A stretch of 31,230 nt of DNA from a virus (lineage: Duplodnaviria > Caudoviricetes). The notes beneath the pieces are model-generated. The model was not told where the DNA came from, made no database searches, and saw nothing but the letters and a program-made list of their open reading frames with translations. Position 1 is the stretch's first letter. Each line of letters starts with the position of its first letter. The stretch lies in IMG/VR virus record IMGVR_UViG_3300017766_001325, positions 1-31,230 of that record; one strand, given 5' to 3'. Positions 24,893 through 31,230 of the stretch are shown piece after piece. The translations under genes and the position numbers were made by a program.

Positions 24893-25570
24893 ATGGAGCA
24901 GAAAGAAGAAGAAGGAACGGTACTGCGAAACTTCTCGCAGGCAGGGCAGGATGTGTTCGTTTCGCTCACGCTCGATCGCAAGCAGAGCGGCCTCTTCGTC
25001 GACCTCGGCGCAGGACATCCGCAGACCTACTCCAACACATTCGGACTTGAGAAGTTCGCTGGATGGCGAGGCATCCTCGCCGACATCGAGACGGTCGATC
25101 AGTTGAAGGCCGAGCGCGATCCTCGGAATCTCTTCTACGGGAACGCGCTCGATCCGAAACTCATGGCCGACATCCTCACGCTCGCCGATGCGAATGAAGG
25201 AACGCTCGACTATCTCTCGCTTGATCTTGAACCGCCAGAGTCCACGCTCGCCGCGCTCTACGGCCTTCCGCTCGATCAAATGACGTTCGCGATCGCGACC
25301 GTCGAGCATGATCTCTATCGCGGAAAGCAGTCGATCAAGTTCGCGATCGAAGGGATCTTGCAAGGCTACGGATATCGCCGAGTCGCTGAGAACGTGCGGA
25401 TGATCGCGAAGAACGACAGCGGGTATCTCCTTGTTCCGGTTGAAGACTGGTGGGTGCATCCTTCACTCGTCGACGTGCATCGCGCGAGCGAAATCGCGGC
25501 AGACGTACGCCGCGAGCAGGAGATCCGACTGCTTGAGATCATCGAGCGATTGAAGACGGAGGAAGCATGA
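24893..25570 (+). CDS. FkbM-family methyltransferase
   Basis: Contains SQAGQD, FVDLGA, SNTF.LE...W.GIL.D, DYLSLDLE and TVEHD. AAAGGAGA RBS. Confidence 0.85.
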   Translation: MEQKEEEGTVLRNFSQAGQDVFVSLTLDRKQSGLFVDLGAGHPQTYSNTFGLEKFAGWRGILADIETVDQLKAERDPRNLFYGNALDPKLMADILTLADANEGTLDYLSLDLEPPESTLAALYGLPLDQMTFAIATVEHDLYRGKQSIKFAIEGILQGYGYRRVAENVRMIAKNDSGYLLVPVEDWWVHPSLVDVHRASEIAADVRREQEIRLLEIIERLKTEEA

Positions 25571-26721
25571 AGACGGAACTCGTCAAGATCGACGCGCTTG
25601 TCTTCGATCCGGCAAACGCTCGCAAGCACGGAGAGAAGAATCTCGCCGCGATCAAGTCGAGCCTTCAGCGATTCGGACAGCAGAAACCGATCGTCGTCGA
25701 CGCAAACGGAGTTGTCCGCGCAGGCAACGGAACGCTCGCCGCTGCAAAGGCTCTCGGATGGAAGGAGATCGCGATTGTTCGATCTCCTCTTTCGGGAAGC
25801 GAAGCGACGGCCTACGCGATCGCGGACAATCGAACGAGTGAACTCGCCGAGTGGGACGACGACGTTCTTTCGCAGACGCTCGCGGCACTTCAGATCGAGG
25901 ATGAGGAACTTGCGCTCGCGAGCGGATTCGATGCGAAGGAGATCGACGCTCTACTCTCTCCCGATGAAGTGAAGGAGGACGAAGTCCCTGAGCCTCCAGT
26001 CGATCCGATCACGAAGAGCGGCGACCTCTGGATTCTTGGAGATCATCGCTTGCTCTGCGGAGACTCGACGAAGTCGGAGGATGTCGATCGATTGATGAAC
26101 GGAGAGAAGGCTGGCATGGTTCACACTGATCCGCCATACGGGATATCTTATCAGTCGAATAGGCGAACCAAGTCAGCCGAGTTCGAGGTATTAGAAAACG
26201 ACGACCGGGTGCTCACGGAATGGATTGAGCCAGCCATCCGAAGCAGCGAAGGTTGGGTATTCATCTGGACTACATGGAAAGTTTTGGAGCAGTGGTTTCC
26301 GGTCGTCAAGCCATTTGGAAACCTGAGCAATCTGGTTGTCTGGAGCAAGGGTGGCGGCGGTATCGGTGACCTTAAGAAAACCTTCTCCACCGACTATGAG
26401 ATCGCGTTTGTATTCAATCGCGGAGCCGAGTTGCGCGGCAAGAGAATCGGCAGCGTCTGGTCGTTTGGGAAGGACGCCGCAGGCAACTACGAACACCCGA
26501 CACAGAAGCCAGTTGCGTTGGCTTCTGAAGCAATCGCCAAGACCACAGTAAAATCCTGCACGGTCTACGATCCGTTCCTCGGATCAGGGACGACGCTCAT
26601 CGCCGCAGAACAACTCGGTCGCAAGTGCTACGGAATGGAGATCTCTCCTCAATACTGCGACGTGATTGTAAAGCGATGGGAGAATTTCACAGGAAAGAAG
26701 GCCGTCCTTGCCACTCGGTAG
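25567..26721 (+). CDS. ParB-like N-terminal domain fused to N4/N6 DNA methyltransferase (beta class)
   Basis: Contains NARKH...FGQQKPIVVD...AGNG...IADNR, then TDPPYG, HPTQKP and DPFLGSGTT. Confidence 0.93.
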   Translation: MKTELVKIDALVFDPANARKHGEKNLAAIKSSLQRFGQQKPIVVDANGVVRAGNGTLAAAKALGWKEIAIVRSPLSGSEATAYAIADNRTSELAEWDDDVLSQTLAALQIEDEELALASGFDAKEIDALLSPDEVKEDEVPEPPVDPITKSGDLWILGDHRLLCGDSTKSEDVDRLMNGEKAGMVHTDPPYGISYQSNRRTKSAEFEVLENDDRVLTEWIEPAIRSSEGWVFIWTTWKVLEQWFPVVKPFGNLSNLVVWSKGGGGIGDLKKTFSTDYEIAFVFNRGAELRGKRIGSVWSFGKDAAGNYEHPTQKPVALASEAIAKTTVKSCTVYDPFLGSGTTLIAAEQLGRKCYGMEISPQYCDVIVKRWENFTGKKAVLATR

Positions 26722-27049
26722 ACCTCGCGCCGAGATCGACTTGCGTCTCGTTCAATCGCTCGCGCGAATCGGATGCACTCATGCCGAGATCGCAACAATC
26801 TGCGGAGTTGCAGAGCCGACGATTCGTCGACGATGCCGCAAGGAAATCAACGCAGGCTATGACGAGATGCGGATGAGTCTGCGCCGTTGGCAATACGAGA
26901 AGGCAAAGGAAGGAAACGTCGCGATGCTGATCTGGCTTGGCAAGCAGCATCTCGGAAAGCGTGAGAAGATCGACGAGACGAGGCGCGAAGAGGTCGTCAC
27001 GATCGAGCCGTTCGAGGCTCCGAAGCCTCGGCTCGCGGATAGCGCGTGA
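26708..27049 (+). CDS. terS: Terminase small subunit
   Basis: Contains GRP, HTH (GCTHAEIA...) and GNVAMLIWLGKQHLG. Directly upstream of terL; TTG start. Confidence 0.8.
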   Translation: MPLGRPRAEIDLRLVQSLARIGCTHAEIATICGVAEPTIRRRCRKEINAGYDEMRMSLRRWQYEKAKEGNVAMLIWLGKQHLGKREKIDETRREEVVTIEPFEAPKPRLADSA

Positions 27050-28224
27050 AGATTCGCGTTCCAACTCCAGAGTCGGTTCTTCATGCTTCGCAACTCGACG
27101 TATTCCGTCGACTGCGTCGATTCAACGTGCTTGAAATCGGTCGTCGTTGGGGAAAGACGAAATTCGAAGAGTTCGTAATTCTCAACGACGCGATCCGAGG
27201 AAGGCGGACGGCATGGTTCGCGCCTTCGTATAAGTACCTTGCCGAGCCAGTTCGCGATCTTGAACGCGCTCTCCTTCCGCTCATCTCGAAGCACGATCGA
27301 GTCGAGAAGCGCATCGAACTCTCGACCGGAGGCACGATCGACTTCTGGACGCTCGAAGACGCTGACGCAGGCCGAGGCCGTTTCTACGATCGAGTTGCGA
27401 TCGACGAGGCCGGATTCGTCGTCGGCCTTCTCGACATCTGGCGAGCAGCGATTCGACCGACTCTCGCCGATCGCAAGGGAAGCGCGATCTTCGCCGGAAC
27501 GCCAAAAGGGACTGGCGACTTCCATCGTCTCTTCCTTGAAGCGGAAGGAGACACGACCGGAACTTGGGCCGCGTTCCGAATCGGCTCCATGTCGAATCCG
27601 TTTCTCGATCCTGCGGAAGTCGAAGCCATGCGAGCGAGTCTGCCGAAGGCAATCGCCGATCAGGAACTCGAAGGCATTCCCGCAGAGGACGGAGGCAATC
27701 CGTTCGGCCTCGATGCGATCCGCGCTTGCATTGCGCCGATGTCGACGGCAACGCCAGAGGCTTGGGGAGTCGACCTCGCGAAGAGCCAAGACTGGACGGT
27801 CGCTGTCGGCCTCGATGCCGAGGGCCGCGTCTGTCGGCTCGAACGATGGCAGGCTCCTTGGAACGTCACGCACGAACGACTCGCGAAGATGATCGGCAAC
27901 GCTCCGGCACAGATCGATTCGACCGGAGTCGGAGATCCGATCGTCGAAGATCTTCGCAAGGTCTGTCGAAGAACTGAAGGCTTCAAGTTCACAAGCCAGA
28001 GCAAGCAACAACTCATGGAAGGTCTTCAGATCGCGATCTCGACTGCGGACATCCGCTTTCCAGATGGTTGGCTTCGGAGTGAACTCGAATCGTTCGGCTT
28101 CCGATACTCAGGGAGAAACGTCTCCTATGAGGCGACAGTCGGACACGACGACGGAGTCTGCGCTCTCGCGCTTGCCGTTCTTGCGCGTCGAGCGCGAAGG
28201 CCTCTCATGGTGAAAGTCATCTGA
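27046..28224 (+). CDS. terL: Terminase large subunit
   Basis: Walker A GRRWGKT, Walker B IDEAG, GTPKG coupling motif, nuclease GVDLA and HDDGV. Confidence 0.95.
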   Translation: MKIRVPTPESVLHASQLDVFRRLRRFNVLEIGRRWGKTKFEEFVILNDAIRGRRTAWFAPSYKYLAEPVRDLERALLPLISKHDRVEKRIELSTGGTIDFWTLEDADAGRGRFYDRVAIDEAGFVVGLLDIWRAAIRPTLADRKGSAIFAGTPKGTGDFHRLFLEAEGDTTGTWAAFRIGSMSNPFLDPAEVEAMRASLPKAIADQELEGIPAEDGGNPFGLDAIRACIAPMSTATPEAWGVDLAKSQDWTVAVGLDAEGRVCRLERWQAPWNVTHERLAKMIGNAPAQIDSTGVGDPIVEDLRKVCRRTEGFKFTSQSKQQLMEGLQIAISTADIRFPDGWLRSELESFGFRYSGRNVSYEATVGHDDGVCALALAVLARRARRPLMVKVI

Positions 28225-31124
28225 TGAATCTACTCGCACGAATCAAAGCGGCGTTCACTCCGGAGAAGTTCTTCAACTCCTCGATGACGATCCTGCGCGG
28301 CGAGCCTGCGAAGCGTTCACCGTTTGACTATCGCTCCGCCGTGAATGCGTACCGATCATGGATCTACGCGGCGGCGAATCTGAACGCCGTCGCTGTCGCG
28401 AGTCAGCCTCTTCGCTTGTACGTTCGGAATAAGAGTCAGTCGACGAAACTCTGGAACACTCGCAAAGCCTCGCGCCGCACGAAGTCATATCTCTTCGGCG
28501 ATCTCGAACAGCGACCGAGCCGATACGCGCTCACGAAGGCCGCAGAGTACGGCGACGACTTCGAGGTCGTCGACGACGCGCATCCGATCCTCCAGTTGCT
28601 CTCGAAGGTCAATCCGTATCAAAACGGATTCGACGCGACAGTTCTCCGCGTTCTGTACGGCGAGTTGACGGGCAACGCGTACGTGCATCCAGTCATCGAT
28701 CAGCGTCTCGGCGTTCCAGTGCAACTCTGGACAATGCCTTCGCAATTCGTCGAAGTCGTTCCCGGTCAGCAAGGCGAAGACTTCATCAAGGCATATCGCT
28801 ACGGCGCGACCGAAGAGCAGAAGCGCGAGAACACATACGCGCCGGATGAAGTGATCCATTTCAAGCGACCGAATCCGGCGGATATGTACTACGGCATTGG
28901 AAAGGTCGAGGCCGCTTGGGGCGCGATCATGGCGAACGAAGCCATTCACGAGATGGATGTCGCGTTCTTCGCGAACAAGGCGCGGCCTGACTATCTCCTC
29001 GTCGTGAAGTCGCCTGCACACGACGACGAACTCGAACGGCTCGAAGTCTCGATCGACGAGAAACTTCGCGGATCGAAGCGCACCGGACGCTTCCTCACGA
29101 CGACGGCAGATATCGACCTCAAGCCTCTCTCTTTCCCTCCGAAGGATCTCGCAGGACGCGAGCAGATCGTCGAAGAGATCGCCGCAGTCTTCGGCGTTCC
29201 CGTCTCGATGCTCAAGGCGAACGATCCGAATCTCGCGAGCGCGACGGTCGGATTCGCATCATGGAAGCAGACGACGATCCTTCCGCTGCTCCGCATGGAT
29301 GAGGAGACGCTGAATCAGAATCTCCTCCCTCTCTTCAATATCGAAGAGGATGCCTTCCTCGCCTATGACAATCCGGTTTCCGAGGATGAGCGATTCGCCT
29401 TCGAGAAACTCCGCTCGATGGTCGCAGGCGGAATCATGACGGCGAACGAAGCGCGAATGCGCGAAGGCCTTGAGCCAGTCGAAGATCCGATGGCCGATGC
29501 GCTTCTCGTCAACGGACAGCCTCTCGGCGGCCCTGCGCCTGCCGCGCCTCTCGGAATGGCTTCGAGTGCGCCGGACGGCCTCACCGGGCCTCTGGATGCC
29601 TCAAATGAGATCGAGGAGCCTCCGATGCTCCCGACACAGCCAGAGCAGAAGGATGCGCTCTCGGATTGTGTCTCGGAGAAGATTCCGAAACTGATCGCGG
29701 AAGGCTATCCGCAGGATCAGGCAGTCGCGATCGCCTATTCGATGTGCGCCGAAGGGAAGACGCTCGACGAGATCGAGACGAAGGCAATCGGCGATATCGA
29801 CACTCGGCCTCCGCAGTCGGTGGCCGACAATGCTCGCCGCGCTCTCGAAGTTCGCGCTCGCAAGCCAGAGAGCGAGCGCGGAATGACCGCAGTCGGCATC
29901 GCTCGTGCTCGCGACTTGATGAATCGAGTTCGCCTCTCTGAAGACACGATCCGCCGCATGGCTTCGTACTTCGAGCGTCACGAAGTCGACAAGCAAGGCT
30001 CCACTTGGGACGAGCAAGGTCGCGGATGGCAGGCATGGTACGGATGGGGAGGCGACGATGGATTCGCTTGGGCAAAGCGCAAGATCGAGGAGTTCGATCG
30101 CGAGCGCGAGCGCAACGCGGAGCGCAAGAAGAAATGTGCTTGCAGTTGCCGTCGTGGCTCCATTTCAGCCGCAGAGATGGAGCGGAAAGATTGCGGCACG
30201 GGCGCAGGAGGATTCCAAGAAGGGAATACTTGCGGACAGGAGGAGGGAGGATCGTCCGATTCGCAGACATCCGCTTCGAATCTTGCTTCTGACTTTTCAA
30301 ATGCTACGGCATCAGAAGGCCGAATCAAGTTGAATGGAACGATTGAAGAAGTAAGACGCACCGCTGAAAAAATCATTTCTAAATGGCAGGGTGATTCTCT
30401 TTCACCTGAAAAATCTCTTGAACTTGCACAGCAAGTAAAAGACTCGGGAATCGCAACGCAAGAATACATGGATGCTTCTGCTTCTTACACGCTGACAGAT
30501 GGCGACGACATTCTTGCTGCACAGGCATCAAGAAGAAAAGGAGAAACATTTCAGGATCGAGAGTTCAGACTCTTGAGGTCGCTGAGAGACGGAAATCTCA
30601 ACAGTTCATTGCGTGGATTGTCAGACGATGTTTTGATGAGAAGAGCGGCGCAGAGAGCGAAGATTGTTGAGCAGTTGTCTGCCAAAGTTATAAATCAGGC
30701 ACAATCGGATCTACCCAAAGAAATGACTGTGTTTCGAGGGATGTCTGCTCTTTCAGACGATTCGAAAGAGTTCCTGCAAAATGTGAAAGTAGGTCAGTCG
30801 ATAGAAACTGGCATCATTTCAACTTCTGCGAATGCTTCCGTTGCGGGAAAGTACGCAGGCGATCTGATGAAAGACAAAGTGATTATGAAAATCACGACGA
30901 AGAAGGGGATCGTCGCGCAAGCCGATGATAGAAACAATGCACAAGAGGGCTATCTGCAAGAGATAGTTCTTGCGCCCAAAAGGCTCGTCGTGAAATCAGT
31001 CATAAGTCTTGATGCCGAGACAGACCCCCAAAAATTTGATCCATCTTCTGGATGGGGTGATCTCGAACTGCCTTCGGAAAGATCAAGGTCGACACTTATT
31101 GAACTGGAGGCTATCTATGAGTAG
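28224..31124 (+). CDS. Portal protein (HK97-type) with long multidomain C-terminal extension ending in an ADP-ribosyltransferase-like domain
   Basis: Portal motifs LL.KVNPYQ, GNAY, EVIHF, IAAVFGVP and IMTANEAR in the first ~430 aa. Then EGYPQDQAVAIAYS, WYGWGGD and CGTGAGGF modules. Then VFRG / ISTS / QEIVL. Confidence 0.9.
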   Translation: MNLLARIKAAFTPEKFFNSSMTILRGEPAKRSPFDYRSAVNAYRSWIYAAANLNAVAVASQPLRLYVRNKSQSTKLWNTRKASRRTKSYLFGDLEQRPSRYALTKAAEYGDDFEVVDDAHPILQLLSKVNPYQNGFDATVLRVLYGELTGNAYVHPVIDQRLGVPVQLWTMPSQFVEVVPGQQGEDFIKAYRYGATEEQKRENTYAPDEVIHFKRPNPADMYYGIGKVEAAWGAIMANEAIHEMDVAFFANKARPDYLLVVKSPAHDDELERLEVSIDEKLRGSKRTGRFLTTTADIDLKPLSFPPKDLAGREQIVEEIAAVFGVPVSMLKANDPNLASATVGFASWKQTTILPLLRMDEETLNQNLLPLFNIEEDAFLAYDNPVSEDERFAFEKLRSMVAGGIMTANEARMREGLEPVEDPMADALLVNGQPLGGPAPAAPLGMASSAPDGLTGPLDASNEIEEPPMLPTQPEQKDALSDCVSEKIPKLIAEGYPQDQAVAIAYSMCAEGKTLDEIETKAIGDIDTRPPQSVADNARRALEVRARKPESERGMTAVGIARARDLMNRVRLSEDTIRRMASYFERHEVDKQGSTWDEQGRGWQAWYGWGGDDGFAWAKRKIEEFDRERERNAERKKKCACSCRRGSISAAEMERKDCGTGAGGFQEGNTCGQEEGGSSDSQTSASNLASDFSNATASEGRIKLNGTIEEVRRTAEKIISKWQGDSLSPEKSLELAQQVKDSGIATQEYMDASASYTLTDGDDILAAQASRRKGETFQDREFRLLRSLRDGNLNSSLRGLSDDVLMRRAAQRAKIVEQLSAKVINQAQSDLPKEMTVFRGMSALSDDSKEFLQNVKVGQSIETGIISTSANASVAGKYAGDLMKDKVIMKITTKKGIVAQADDRNNAQEGYLQEIVLAPKRLVVKSVISLDAETDPQKFDPSSGWGDLELPSERSRSTLIELEAIYE

Positions 31125-31230
31125 CAATCGCTTTTCACCGATCGACCTTTTTGATTCTGGGATTTTCATTCGATATGAAGAAGTTGATCGAGAAGTAAAA
31201 AACTGCGCCTGCGGATGCGGATCGTGCGAT
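31108..31230 (+). repeat. Terminal direct repeat, right copy
   Basis: Identical to 1-123. Confidence 0.97.

Larger units (their letters stand above)
1..31230 (+). mobile_element. Complete tailed dsDNA phage genome (siphovirus-like, HK97-type head), circular assembly of about 31,107 bp unique sequence
   Basis: The terminase, portal, MuF, protease, capsid, neck and tail module is continuous across the window ends. The ends are identical over 123 bp. No host housekeeping genes are present. Confidence 0.96.

Noticed and set aside
25567-25900. ParB as a plasmid-prophage partition system
   Set aside because: It is the ParB-like domain commonly fused to phage DNA methyltransferases next to terminase genes. 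No ParA or parS array was seen.
1731-28011. Long minus-strand ORFs (e.g. 1731-2792, 4262-5230, 9013-9867, 26857-28011)
   Set aside because: These are shadows of GC-rich plus-strand genes, with no motifs or RBS.
31108-31230. 123-bp terminal repeat as a biological DTR
   Set aside because: It falls within the portal/MuF coding junction and has the size of an assembler overlap. It is best read as evidence of circularity; read mapping would be needed to define real termini.

Overview
The window is almost certainly a complete, circularly assembled tailed-phage genome of about 31.1 kb: bases 1-123 are repeated exactly at 31108-31230. It has an HK97-type head and a short non-contractile tail. Nearly all genes are on the + strand. 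The order is: MuF, prohead protease, major capsid, two paralogous decoration-like genes, a methyltransferase-fragment/GT2 glycosyltransferase, neck and tail genes (with a G-GGA-AAC frameshift site), Cys-rich tail-end genes, one divergent minus-strand gene, an early region (RecT/Bet-like annealing protein, small cassette genes, lysozyme, Gp157, CsrA-like, wHTH, RusA-like), a lysis-like cluster, an HTH, FkbM and ParB-DNA methyltransferases, terminases and the portal. I recognised no integrase, polymerase, helicase, tRNA or CRISPR array. A Planctomycetota host is inferred, not proven. Three signals stand out. (1) Six early-gene leaders share a covarying hairpin with an ANGG(A/T) loop 23-28 nt upstream of the start codon, next to a GGAGACAC-type RBS, and the phage encodes a divergent CsrA-like protein; together these suggest a phage Csr translational regulon. 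(2) The portal is a 966-aa polyprotein ending in an AT-richer R-S-E ADP-ribosyltransferase-like cassette that appears to have split an ancestral portal-MuF fusion. (3) A duplicated, covarying 53-nt stem-loop separates the early cassette genes. All family calls come from motif recognition by eye; no database search was run.
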